A stretch of DNA of 35,388 nt from Welwitschia mirabilis. Taxonomy: Eukaryota. Every line of letters starts with the position of its first letter. Position 1 is the stretch's first letter. The DNA lies in NCBI GenBank assembly GCA_051453625.1, contig JBOZIK010000001.1, positions 19,394,383-19,429,770 on the forward strand, written 5' to 3'. Under the pieces are notes generated by a model. That model was not told where the DNA came from. It ran no database searches and saw only the letters and a list, made by a program, of their open reading frames with translations. Of the stretch, positions 20,817 through 33,100 are shown piece after piece. Both the position numbers and the translations under genes were made by a program.

Positions 20817-23296
20817 TTAACCACCTTGCCTGTAGTAGAAGGATGGAAATACAACTCCTAGTTCACTATGAAGTATTAGAAATTTATTAAAATTCAGGGG
20901 TCTTGTGAAAATAACGGCAATTTATCTATTAGTGCTAATAAAATTCATTGAAATATTATCTTTTTCCACTTGATCTCTAAGGAAATGATGTCTTAATTCA
21001 ATGTGTTTAGTTCTTAAATTTTGAATAGGGTTCTTTAATATATTAATTATACTAGCATTATCACAAAAGTTTAGAACCTTTTCAAAATCTACTCCAAAGT
21101 TTTTTCACATTTCTTTCATTTAAAAACGATGGGTAAAAAGTCTCCCTGTTGCTATATACTCTGCTCTTATTATTGAAAGGGAGATAGAGTTTTGCTTTTT
21201 ACTTATTCATCCTACTAAGCATGATCCTACAAGAAAGCAATTATCATTTGTGCTTTTCCTATCGTCTTTACACCCAGTCTAATCTACATCACTAAAGCCT
21301 ATAAGTTCAAAATATGTTTCTGTAAGATACCATAATTCATAGTTAATTATGCCTTTTATGTATCTTATGATTCTTTTAACAGCTTGAAGGTGTGAATCTT
21401 TTAGTTGGATCTGATATCTAGTACATATGACAACATTGAATATTATATCAGGTCTACTTGCGGTTAGATATAATAGACTTCCTATCGTGCTTCTTTAAAG
21501 TTTTTGATATACGGATTTTCCATGTTCATTAAGACTAACCTTATAACAAGTTAACATAGGTATGTCAATTAATTTTGCATTCTCTATTCTAAATCATTTG
21601 ACCGAATCCCTTGCATATTTATATTAATATATAAAAATTCCATATTTTGTTTGTTTGATTTGAATAAGAAGAAATATACTAACTTCACCAAGCATACTCA
21701 TCTCAAAATGTATTGTCATAACGCTAGCAAATTCTTTTGAGAGAACTTTACTTGAGGCACTAAAAATTATGTCATATACATAAATTTGAATGATAATAAA
21801 GTCCCTTTTTAAATTTTGGACAAATAATGTTTTATTCACAGTTTCACAAGTATAATCATTTTCATTGAGAAATGTGGCTAGTTTTCATACCACATCTTAG
21901 GAGCTTGTTTTAATCCATACAAGTCTTTTTAAATCTATACACATGGTTTGGTTTATGTAAATCTATAAATCCTTGAGGTTGTTCCACATAAACTGCTTCA
22001 TTAAAAGTTCCATTTAAAAAGGTAGTTTTCACATCCATTCGATAAACTTTAATGTTTTTAAAAGCTGCATAAGATGAAAACATTTTAATAGTATCTAGCC
22101 TAGCTATAGGAGCAAAAGTATCACCTACATTAATTCCTTTGATTTGGTTTTAACCTTGTGACACTAGTCTCATCTTATTTTTAATTACATTATTTTGTTC
22201 GTCACACTTGTTCTTGAAAATCCATTTTGTTTTAATAACATTTTGGTCTTTTACTATTTTAACAAGTTTTCATATGCCATTTCTTTTGAATTGTTAGAGC
22301 TCATCTTGCATGTCCATCATTCATTCTTTATGAAATTCTGCCTCTTTAAATTTTTAGGTTCAATTTGAGAGACATAACAAATGTATGCATTGAAATTTTT
22401 TAGAGAATTCCTTGTTTGAATCTTTGAGCTAATATCTCTAATGATGGATCTTAAAAAGTGATCTTTTAGCTTTATAAAATTTTTAGAAGTAACTTATTTA
22501 GTTGACTCTTCTTTTTGTTTTGGTTAGAACTTCATTTATTGTGGAATGTTTAGAGTTAAGTTTTCTTCACCATTCAAAGGAAGAAGACTTTTGCTACAAT
22601 CCTCTATCTGCACATTTATAGATTCTTCCACTGTTAAACTTCTTTTGTTGAATACTCGATAGGATTTAATTCTAGTTAAGTACCCTAAAAAGATTGCTTC
22701 TTCATCCTTTTACTTAAATTTACTCAAGTGTTCTCTATCTTTTAATATAAAACACTTAATCCCAAAAACTTTAAAATATGAAAAATTTGGTTTTCTTCCT
22801 TTACAAAGCTCATAGAACATTTTATCCATTCCTAGTCTAAGGTGGACTCTATTTATAATGTGACAAGTGGTGCTATTGCTTTAGCCTAAAAATTTTTAGG
22901 AATCTCTTTATCATTTAACATTGTTCTAGCCATTTCTTAGAGGACTTAGTTTTTCCTCTCAATAATTCCATTTTGTTGAGATATCTTTGGGGGTTAAGAA
23001 TTGACATTGTATACCATTTTCTACAAAATACTTTTTAAATAGATGATTTTTAAATTCTCCTCCATGATCATTTCTAATTTTCTTAATGGTATACCCTTTC
23101 TTGTTTTGGATTTTGTTGTAAATTTCAATACAAATTTTATACATTTCAGCTTTGTTTCTAAGAAAGCAACCCAAGTAAATCTAGAGTAGTTATCAATCAT
23201 AGTTAAAAAATAATGTTTTCCTCTTAGGCTTTTTATTTCAACTGGAGCCATCAAGTCCATATGAATAAGCTCAAGAGGCATTGTTATGAAAACTAG
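20817..23296 (-). pseudogene. pol: Copia pol relic: integrase core, reverse transcriptase, RNase H
   Basis: PLELIHMDLMAP, MIDNYSRFTWV, IRNDHGGEF (integrase); NVIKTKWIFKNK, DTFAPIARLDTI, MDVKTTFLNG, VYVEQPQGF, QIYVYDIIF, FEMSMLGE (RT); HHFLRDQVEK, IAVIFTRPL (RNase H). Stop codon at 20819-20817. Confidence 0.95.
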
Positions 23297-24172
23297 TGTT
23301 GTGATATCAATTTGTATGAATTTGATGGTGTATTTTGAGTACTTTTGTAGGACATTAACATAGGTTTTAACGCAGTACTAATGACTATGGAGATCTAACA
23401 GGATGATCAGTAAAACATGTGATCCTTAGTATCTTTAGCAGTTTCTTAGGCCTATTGTGATACCGCATATTTGGAAGGACTTTGTGATGTAAAAGACTGA
23501 CTTACCTTTGGGATTGGAGAAAAGGAAGACTGTTGTCCTCTTTGTCATCCCCACGACAGGCAGGATGATGACACTACTGACATGAATAGAGGTTACGGGA
23601 CTGATAATAGCACATGGAGTACCTGGAGGCATGTGGCACATGGCGTCATCCCATATGTCATCTCCATGACATGCAGGATTATGACCTTGTTAACATGGAT
23701 AGAGGTTGTGGAGCTGACAACAGCACATGAAGCACATGAAGGCATCTTGCACATGGTGACGTCCCCTATGTCATCCCAATAACAGGAAGGACGATAGCTG
23801 TTTTAGCATGTTCAGAAGAAATATCTTTGTAAATGGGGTCAAGTGACTGATGTGGGTTGTTAGGGTATTTGTTTCCCACCTTTATGGTTTTGCTTCTATA
23901 ACTTCAAATAAAAAACTATAAATACCCTTGCCCTCCTTCATTTCTAACCATATTTTATACCTGATATGCTTGTGATGGAAGATTAAAGGATAAGAGATCC
24001 ATCCAGAGCTACAGAAAGGAGTTTCCTTGGTGTTAGGCTGAGTCTCTTCCATTGAGGTGTTGTTATTCTATTTGTAAGTGAATGTAATGTTCTTGAATAC
24101 TCTTTTGAATTAATATAATCATTATTTCATTTCCATTCTATATGTCCCTTATGGTTTACATTAATCATAGTT
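23297..24172 (+). repeat. Athila-like LTR (5' portion, runs into gap) inserted in the Sirevirus integrase; same family as 11048-12286
   Basis: Starts TGTTGTGATATCAATTTGTATGAATTTGATGGTGTATT exactly where the integrase sequence breaks off. Further shared blocks are GAGATCCATC, CATTGAGG and CCTTATGGTTTA. TATA-like CTATAAATACCC at 23916-23927. Confidence 0.8.
23530..23797 (+). repeat. 113-bp tandem repeat, ~2.3 copies, inside the Athila-like LTR
   Basis: GTCATCYC..GACA anchors at 23544, 23657 and 23770, spaced 113 bp apart. Confidence 0.88.
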
Positions 24173-24272
24173 NNNNNNNNNNNNNNNNNNNNNNNNNNNN
24201 NNNNNNNNNNNNNNNNNNNNNNNNNNNNNNNNNNNNNNNNNNNNNNNNNNNNNNNNNNNNNNNNNNNNNNNN
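24173..24272. other. Assembly gap of exactly 100 N (probably unknown size)
   Basis: Run of 100 N. Confidence 1.
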
Positions 24273-24489
24273 AAATAAATATAGAACACAAATTTGACAT
24301 CGTTATTGTATGAAAACCAAGAGGGTCCATGGTTAAGTAATAATTGTGTTTTCTCATTTTTTTAAATCTTATAATGTGTCAATAAAGTCTAAATAGGATT
24401 TGATCCTAGGTTCCGTTGGGCATAGTAGTTAATAACTATATAAAAAAAATACTATGGTTAATTAGGGTAATTAAAGTTAGGATGTTACA
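24273..24489 (+). repeat. 3' end of a Tekay-family LTR, inserted ~26 bp inside the Sirevirus PBS
   Basis: Aligns with ~29712-29932 and ends TAATTAGGGTAATTAAAGTTAGGATGTTACA; no PBS follows. Confidence 0.88.
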
Positions 24490-24515
24490 ATTAGGATTTA
24501 CCAGTGACTCTACCT

Positions 24516-24528
24516 AGCTTTGATACCA
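24516..24528 (-). promoter_or_regulatory. Sirevirus primer-binding site (initiator tRNA-Met type)
   Basis: Minus strand TGGTATCAAAGCT (canonical TGGTATCAGAGC), 2 bp after the 5' LTR end TCA. Confidence 0.9.
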
Positions 24529-24530
24529 AA

Positions 24531-25799
24531 TGAAGGACTTAGAACCCTAGACGAGGTGATGAATAGGATTTAAAAAAATAAATAATTCACAAACTATCTC
24601 CACAAGTAATAAATACTAAAATATTTGTGCAAATGAAAAATTGAAAATAATCTCAAAGTAAATAACTAAAAGCACAAAATACCAATAGAGATTGACATAT
24701 GATATATAGTGGTAACCCTTACTTAACTCTCGGTGATTATCTTCTACCCAAGCCTAATTTAGATCTTCGTTAATCACTTTCTAGGTATTTCAGGTTCACC
24801 TGTAGCCTTTTATAATTGGACCTTTTTGAGGCTCAATCTCAACCTTTAGAGAGAGTAGTATTTGGTAACAAAGGCATGTTATAATGCATAAGTTTCATCA
24901 GATCTGAAGCTCAATAATGATATTTCTAAACTGCTTAAGAAGATAGTATAATCCACAAGTGTACAGTGTAAACTGATTAACCAATTATAAATGATAACAA
25001 AAAATATTAGTTCCTCTTTAGTGGGATATAAGATATGTCAATGAGTAGTTCAAAAGCTTATTAAAAAGGTATTTAACAGTGGTACAATGATTTTTTTGGA
25101 TAACAAATATATAAGAGAAACATTTTAGGGTTTTACAAGTGAAATAGATTCTCCAATGGATAAAAATGAGAGGCCAAATGGCTAGAAAAATTCCATTTTC
25201 ATCATAGCTAGTCGACCCCTCGAAATGTATGATCGACTCCATCAAGTGCCATCACTAAAGTCAGTTACCCTCATCTTTTTCCAGTTGACCCTAGTTTCTT
25301 ACAGCTCCATGTCCAGTCGATCCCTCAGGGATTCAGTTGACTACATGTTCGGTTGACTACACTTTCATTCGACCAATCCCATATCTAGAAAAATGTATGG
25401 TCTAGGTCTGGTTGATCCCTTAGGTATCCAGTCGAACCCTTGATAAAAAAGGATGAAATTATTTCTGCTCCAAATCCAGTTAACCCCTCTAGAATCTAGT
25501 CAATCCTTGATAATTAGATGTGACAAATTTGATGCTCAGGTCTAGTTGACCCCTTAGAAATCTAGTCAATCCCTTAGTGATTTATCTTTAACACTTCATC
25601 CTACAGGTTCGGTCGACACTTTAGGAATTTAATTGACCCCTTTAAGGGTATGAAACTTGTCATATTTAGATAAAGTTTGTGATAAAATATTTTAGCTTCT
25701 GACCTAAAAGGATTAATATTTTTTTGCAAATAATACAACATGTTTTTCTAAAATAGAAAATGTTAGTTTAACATCAACTTGGTAAATTATAACTTAACA
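24531..25799 (-). repeat. Sirevirus 5' LTR
   Basis: Minus strand TGTTAAG...CCTTCA; collinear with 17655-18946; adjacent to the PBS; many GTCGAC-derived palindromic motifs at ~25205-25640. Confidence 0.93.
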
Positions 25800-25974
25800 G
25801 AACCCAAATTGTTCAACTATAGAAGAGCTAGAAGCAATGTTGGACCAATGAACTATCATTTTGTAGAATAAGGAGATCCATGAAGTAAAGATAAAATGGA
25901 GTAATCATGGTCTTGATAAAGCTACTTGGGAGTTAGAAGAATCAATGAAAAATCAATACCCAAGTTTTTTTTAA
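25800..25974 (+). pseudogene. Chromodomain (C-terminus of the Tekay integrase), separated from the rest of pol by the Sirevirus
   Basis: EELEAMLDQ*TIIL*NKEIHEVKIKWSNHGLDKATWELEESMKNQYPSFF* matches the chromovirus EEP..ILD...LRNK.I..VKV.W.NH...ATWE.E..M...YP pattern. Confidence 0.9.
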
Positions 25975-26469
25975 ATCTTATAATATGTAATCTTAGATTC
26001 TCAAATCATTATGAACGAGTGGTATATTATAACCACATTTTCTAATCTTTAATTAGTAATCATAATGACATAATTACGAGAGTTTCTAAATTATATAATA
26101 CATTTTGATATCAATTTTAATTAAAATCCTTTTTTTAAGTGAGAATCAATGGGTATCCTTATAATTATAATGTATTATGCCAAACATATATTTTGAAAGT
26201 TAATTAATTAATCTTAGTTTTTAATAATTTTATTATTTTAAATTATAATGATAAAAATTTTAATACTTAATAAACTTATATATAATTAGGCAAGTCATTT
26301 ACATGGTTAAATAGTTAAATTTGAAAATTCATATCAAGGTGTAAAATAACATCTATAAAAATGGCATGTGACATGTTTATTTTAATCATTTATCCATGTG
26401 CCTTATTCAAATCTGAAAAGAAACTAAAATTACTTAGTAAAAGTAAAAGAGTAATAATTAAGAGTGTTA

Positions 26470-26556
26470 TGTTCAATTATGATAATTTCTTACATTCAGT
26501 TATGATATTTTCTTACATCCCATTATGATATTTTTCTTACATTCAATTATGACATC
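26470..26556 (+). repeat. ~23-bp tandem repeat (TTATGATAWTTTCTTACATTCA) x~3.5 in the LTR
   Basis: Directly visible units. Confidence 0.85.
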
Positions 26557-26922
26557 CCCTTCTTCTGATTTGTGTTATTGATATGATGGATCATGAAGAG
26601 TGTAAACATGTGAATAAGGACATGCACTCTTATTTATAAACTAAAAAGAATAAATAAGTAGAATTTATTCTACCATACCTTTCATTCTTATTGATATTTG
26701 TGGAAGTACTTTATGTATAAAATATTATTTTTCTTATTGTGACACATGAAAATTTTGAAATTAATGCATTTATTCTTCCAAGGCATGTTTTGGATTAATT
26801 ATGAGCCTATGAAGGATTAAGAAGGAACTAGCATGAGGAAGTGATGCATGTAATTAATCTTATTAATTAAAGCAAGAAGATTACTCACTCAAATTAGGTG
26901 CATAAGTATAAATAAGATTTCT

Positions 26923-27172
26923 TTTGTCATTGATACATCAGTTTCACTTTTTACACAAGCTTTTATAACTTCTTATTGATTAGTCTTATCAATGTCACTT
27001 CTATACAAGCTTTTCCAACTTGTCCTTGATCAATCTTATCATTGTTATTCACATGTCTATATCACTTTTATATAAAGTCCATCCAACTTATCATTGATCA
27101 ATCTTATCATTGTCATTCACATGTCAATGTCACTTTTACACAAGATCCATTTAACTTGTCATTAATCAATCA
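26923..27172 (+). repeat. Compound tandem repeat (~49-bp and ~69-bp related units) in the LTR, upstream of the TATA-like motif
   Basis: Recurring TCACTTTTAYACAAG..AACTTGTCATTGATCAATCTTATCA blocks, about 4 copies. Confidence 0.8.
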
Positions 27173-27562
27173 TATCCAGTAAAATAGATTTCCTTGTCTT
27201 ATGAGTAAAATGATGTAGGCAGTCTTAAGCCAATTATATCAAGGACCTTTGGTATACTGTTTATCTGTAAATAGAGCCCTCTTCCTTCTTCTCAAACTAG
27301 TATTCTTTAAGTAAGTTTATGCTATTAAAATTTTTTCTCAATCTTTCATCTTTTTATATGTGGAGTTGGAGTGTGGAGGTTAGACGCTTGAGCTTGGAGC
27401 TTGAAATATTGGAGATAAGATCTTAGAGCTTAGCACTTCCTCAATCTTCTTCAAGGATCATTAATCTCCTTCCCTATAAGTAGGTTCTTCTTTCATGAGA
27501 ATTTTAACTCCATTTATAGAATTAAACCTATGCATATGATTTGTATTTTACCTCCATTGACT

Positions 27563-27609
27563 NNNNNNNNNNNNNNNNNNNNNNNNNNNNNNNNNNNNNN
27601 NNNNNNNNN
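27563..27609. other. Assembly gap (N run)
   Basis: Run of N. Confidence 1.
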
Positions 27610-30108
27610 AAGATGAGGAAGAGAATTAAGGGACCTCTTAACATGCTTAGCTTCTATGAATTTAATGGATATTTTAGCCAAGTGACCAAAGGGTTTACTT
27701 CAACTTTGGATACCCCTATTATGTTACATTGTATATTATTAAAATGCATTTTACATTATATTTACATTAGAGTCTTGTTAGGATGAACAAGTTTGATCCT
27801 CAAGAATCTATTTGGGCTAGGCACTCCTTCTTAGAAAATCCTAAAGCTCGTACTATTGATGCATTATTTATTATAGTAAATTAAGTTTATATTACTTATA
27901 ATTATGTTTTATTTATTTAGAAAACAAATTAATAGTTAATTTATTTTTTTTTTTTTTTGTAAATTAGTATGAGTTCTCTTGTTCCTAGTTTAGTTAACAT
28001 TTACCCTTTATTTTTTTAAGACAAGTAATTTAAAAAAGTCATAACTTATTTAATACTAAGTAAAATTTTATGAAATTTTTTTTGTAGGTCTATAATTATG
28101 TTAGGAACTTAAGAGTTTTAAAAAAGTAATTTTTCTAATATTAAAATAATTTTTAAGATTTCTTTTATGAAAATATCTCAAAATTTATAAGCAGAAAATA
28201 GCAACTAAAAAGTTTTAGTTTTTAGAATTTATAGAGAGTTTTGGGTAAAATTGAAGTATTTCAACTTGTAGAGAATTGAATAATCTTTTTAAAACTATTT
28301 ACTAATTGAAAATATCCAAGCATATTAAAAGTTATGACCATTTTAGTAAAAGGTATTAGTTTAGCAATTCTAAAACTTATGCAGTTTTTATAGTTTAAAG
28401 TTTGAATGTATGAAATAAATATAGGCTAATTAAAATTTATTAAAATTAGTTTTTAGGGATAGTGTAATCAGTATAGTTTAATAAAATTAAGTCTAATTTA
28501 TTTTTTTCATTTCTAAATAATTAATTAAAAGTTTTTAGTTTTAATACCTTCTAAAAGATAAGAAAATTTGTAATTAACTTTAATAATGACAGTAAATTAA
28601 CTAATGCAATGTAAATAATTATTTTAAATATTATATATGATTTCTAATTAAATTAAGTTTATTTTTTTATCATTTTTATATGTTATTTATTAAAATTTAG
28701 GCTCTTCTTCTTGCCTTTCAAGAATAAACATTAAGGTTGTCTACTTAATAATTCTAGACGTGTGTAGCCTAATCAATTAGATTTATTAATATTTATTTTA
28801 GAAAATATATACATATATTTTACCTAAATTTATTTTGATATAGACACTTAGAATGATAACGGGGATTTAGAAGTTAGCTTAGTTTCATAAATGGAGCATG
28901 TGTTCCAATAGAACTTGAATGTATTAATGTGTCTTGTTTGAAAAGAATTACTATAATGTAGAAAAATGAAGAAATTTTTTCTTTCATTTATTTTCATTGT
29001 TATACTTTGAAAATGTATGATTTTCCTTTATTTAAAATAAAAAATATGCTTATATGTTCTACTCTTCTTTTGTATGATTGTTTTCTTAAAATAAAACCAA
29101 TGATGATTAGAATTATTTTTACTAAATAAACAACCCACTAAATATTCACATATTGTATGTTTGCATTTGTATGATGTACTCATTCAACTAAATTAAGATA
29201 ATCTCAATAATTATTCATACCCATTCTTTGATTTTATCACCAAGCTGTGTTGCATTGTACTTTTATTTTCAAACCCTTCTGGAAGTGGATTTGATAACCA
29301 CTCTCCTGCATCACCCATGCATGAACTTACTTCGACTTAATATGTAGAGCCCTTAGTATCAAAGGATCATGTTGTGCCATTCTTCGATGATTCAAGGAAG
29401 CGAGGGTTACTTGTAAGCATGCATCCACCTCACGTACCGCTTATCACCTATATCGGAGGTATATTAAGGTGAAGTCTAAGCCTATGGAGTTGAACCTAAC
29501 TATGTTTGTATAGTATAGAGCTTGAAGTAGAACCAATTCACATCTAGAGGATGGCTAGATATCAAGTTGAAATGCCATTAATGGGAGATGAAACCTCTTA
29601 TTATATTGTTTAGGCACTATCCTAAAATGTATCCACTGTATGTGATAAAACAAGTCAATATCTTATAAACTTTATAAAGATATCTCTAGTTGGTGAAAAT
29701 AAATATTAGAAGTAAATATAGGATATAATTTTAACCTCATTATTATATGCAAATAAAAAAGGTTTTATAGTTAAGTAATAATTATGTTATCTAATTATTT
29801 TAAATCTTATAATGTCTTGATAGAGTTTAAATAGGATTTGATCCTAGATTCTGTTGTGCATGTTAGTTAATAATGCTTAAAAAAAAAGAAAAAATTATGG
29901 TTAATTAGGGTAATTAAAGTTAGGATGTTACAAAATTTTACCTTTTCAACCATGTTTTACCAAAATTGGAGATCCTAAGTGAATGGATTCTTAACCAATA
30001 AACTTAAAATAAGTATACTTTTCTTTAAGAACCCATAAGTAAAATCAATCTTAACCGTTGCTCAGGTGATAATGAGATCACTTATTATTGATTTTTGTTG
30101 AAGGACCT

Positions 30109-33100
30109 TTAACCTAGATTAGAAAGCCTCATAAATTCATAAGTCATTGGAATAGGTAGATGGTATTACTTTAGGCAGTGTCCATTAACTTTGAAGAGTT
30201 GGTTGTCTTTAGGGTTTTCTATAAGAAATACTCTATAAGGTAAAACCTTCTTTATTAAAAATGATCCTTTCCACTTAGTGACTAGTTTGCTTGGGAGAAG
30301 ATGCAAGTGTGAGTTATAAAATAGAACTAGTTATCCCTTCTTAAAATTTTTTCTAAGAATATGTTGATTGTGGAATTTCTTCATTCTCTCTTTACTTATC
30401 CTCGTGTCTTCATAGGCGTTATTTTTGATTTCATCCAATTCGTAAAGTTATATGATCCTATTTTTCTTATAGTCTCATAATTTAAGTCCATATCTTGATT
30501 GACTAGTATGCTTTGTACTCAAGTTTTATGGATAGATAACAGGATTTTCCATAGACTAATCTAAATGACGAAATTTCTAAGGGGGTTTTATAAGTGGTGT
30601 GATAGGGTTATAGAACATTATTAAGCTTGAAGGACCAGTGTTTTCATGTTGAGTTAACTACCTTTATAGAATTTTCTTAATTTTCCTATTCACAACTTTA
30701 ACTTAATCACTAGTTTGGGGGTGGTAAGATGTTACTACTTTGTAAATCACCCCATATTTAGCAAGAAGGTTTTTAAATATTTTGTTGCAAAAATGTGTTC
30801 CTTCATTACTAATTAAAACTCATGGATAGCCAAACCATGTTAAGATATTTTCTTTAAATAATTTAATCACCGTTTGAGCATTGTTTGATTAACATGCGCA
30901 TGCCTCAACTCATTTTGTTATATAGTCTACATAGACTAGAATGTACTAATTCTTGTTTAAAGATGGGTAAGGGCCATGAAAATCAATTTTTCAAATGTCA
31001 ATTATTCAACCATGAGGATGGCATTTAGAGGTATCATTTATCTTCATGAAAGACTCCCTAATTTTTGGCAATTATCATAGATTTGTAGGAAAGGTAGAAT
31101 TCTAGAAGAATAGTAGAAACTAGAATGAAGGACTTTTTTAGTAGTCTTGTTGGTTAAGTAATGGCATCACTAAGCCTCAAAATGGTAATGCTTAAGGATG
31201 TCATGGATTTTAGTTTGGGGAATACATTTGTAAATAACTTGGTCTAAGCAGTACTTAAAAAGATATAGACTATCCCAAAAAAAGTATTTAACCTAGCTTA
31301 AGAACCTATTTCTATTATTAGAAGTCCAATGAGAAGGAATGGTTTTGTAGACTAAGTAATTGGAAATATCCATAAAACATGGTGCTTCCTTAACTGAAAG
31401 AGATGTTCATCTGGGAAGGTGTCATTAATAGGAAGGAACATTTGTAGATTCTCTTGAGTTAAACATGAAATATGATCTACAACTATGTTATTAAAGCCCT
31501 TTTTATCTTTCATCTCCAAGTCAAATTCATTTACAAGAAGGATCCATCTAATTAGTCTTGATTTTGAATCTTTTTTAATAAAGAGATATCTAAAGATCAA
31601 ATGATTAGTATAGATAATTACCTTAGACCCTAAAAGATATTACCTAAATTTCTCTAAGGTAAAGGCTATAGCCAGTAGTTCTTTTTCCATAACAGTGTAG
31701 TTTAACTGAGTTTCATTCAAAGTTTTACTAGTATAATATATCATATAGATGGTTTTTTATCTATTCTTTATCTTAAAATGACCCTAACTGTGTAATCACT
31801 AGTGTTATACATAAGATTAAAAGGTAACTTTTAGTTAGGTGGTTGAATGATTGGGGTGGAGGTCAATTTTTCTTTAAGTTGTTCAAAAGCTTATTGACAT
31901 TTACAGGTCTAGTTGAAGATGATGTCTTTGCTCAAAAGGTTATACAATGGCTTAGCGATTCTACTAAAATCCTTCATAACTCTCCTATAGTATCTTGCAT
32001 GTCCTAGAAAAGATCTAATTTATTTTTGTTTTTGAGGAGTTGGTAGGTATGTGATTAGAGAAACCTTAGCAGAATCTAGCTGGATTCCTTCATTAGAAAT
32101 GACATGTCCTAAAGCTATGTCTTGATTAACCATAAAGTGGCATTTCTCCTAGTTGAGAATAAGATGTTTTTCGATACATCATTGAAGGATAAATTCTAAG
32201 TTATGAAAACAGTGGTTAAAAGAGGTTTCATAGATTAAAAAATCATTCATAAATATTTTAACATCTAAATCTAATAAAGTAAATAATATTCAAATCATGC
32301 AACATTGGAAAGTGGCAAGTTCATTGCATAATCCAAAGGGCATTCATTTATAGGCAAACATTCTATAGGGGTAGGTGAAGATAGTTTTGTCTTGATCCTT
32401 AGGGGCAATTTTACTTTGATTATAACATGAGTACCCATCTAATAAATAGTAAAATAAATGATGTAAGCTACTCTAGGATTTGGTCAAAGAAAGGTGGAGG
32501 GAAGTAATCCTTTCTTGAGATGACACTTAATGTTTTGTAGTTAATGCACATCCTTCATTTTACTAGGGGCATGATAGAGATAAGTTCATTATGCTTGTTT
32601 AAGACAAGGGTAATCCCTGCTTTTCTAGCCACAATCTGAGTTGGATTCACCAATTTGCTATCTGAAATATGAGAGATAATCATATTATCGACAAGTTTGA
32701 TCACCTCATTTTAACTACCTCCTTTAAGGTTGAATTTATTCATCTGTGGGCTTCTCTAGATGACTTAATATTATCTTCTAAATAAATATGATGTATGCAA
32801 ATGCTAAGATTAATGCCTCTAACATCTAAGAGGATCCATCCTATTATCTACTTATTCTTCCTTAATAGTTTAAATAATTAGGTTTCTTGAGAATGAGCTA
32901 AGGAAGAATTTATGACTATCGGAGATGTGGAGTTATTCCTTAAGAAAAATATGTTTTAAATTTTTAAAGTATGTTTTAAATTTTTTAATAAAGGTTTAAG
33001 TTCTAGGTTACTTTATTTTTTATCGATGAAACATATTTCTTGAGAGTAATCTAAGTTACCATTTTCGAGAGAGTGGGAATCATATTTTTGATTTTCAAAA

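Larger units (their letters stand above)
17655..25799 (-). mobile_element. Ty1/copia Sirevirus (SIRE/Maximus) with both LTRs; gag/protease region missing or hidden in a gap
   Basis: Paired ~1.3 kb LTRs, Met-tRNA PBS, integrase-RT-RNase H order, an extra ORF after pol, multiple PPTs and palindromic LTR motifs. Confidence 0.92.
12917..29932 (+). mobile_element. Ty3/gypsy chromovirus, Tekay/Del-like, decayed; 5' LTR and PBS not visible; interrupted by a Sirevirus at 17655-25799
   Basis: Domain order gag - zinc knuckle - protease - RT - RNase H - integrase - chromodomain, then a degenerate PPT and a long LTR ending GATGTTACA. Confidence 0.88.
26150..29932 (+). repeat. Tekay-like 3' LTR (~3.8 kb; start approximate)
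   Basis: Follows a degenerate PPT (aaaatccttttttaagtgagaatcaa|tg) and ends GATGTTACA at 29932. Its last ~300 bp recur three more times in the window. TATA-like ctgtaaatag at ~27265. Confidence 0.7.

Noticed and set aside
23435..23782. Overlapping ORFs 23435-23641 (-) and 23582-23782 (+) with internal peptide repeats
   Set aside because: They are by-products of the GC-richer 113-bp tandem repeat in an LTR.
26470..27172. Short repeats as a possible CRISPR-like array (also considered for 6960-7225)
   Set aside because: Units are tandem or inverted and degenerate, with no regular unique spacers and no cas genes, in a eukaryotic transposon context.
32950..32990. 20-bp tandem duplication TATGTTTTAAATTTTT in Athila pol
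   Set aside because: An ordinary post-insertion slippage duplication that breaks the frame; no sign of function.
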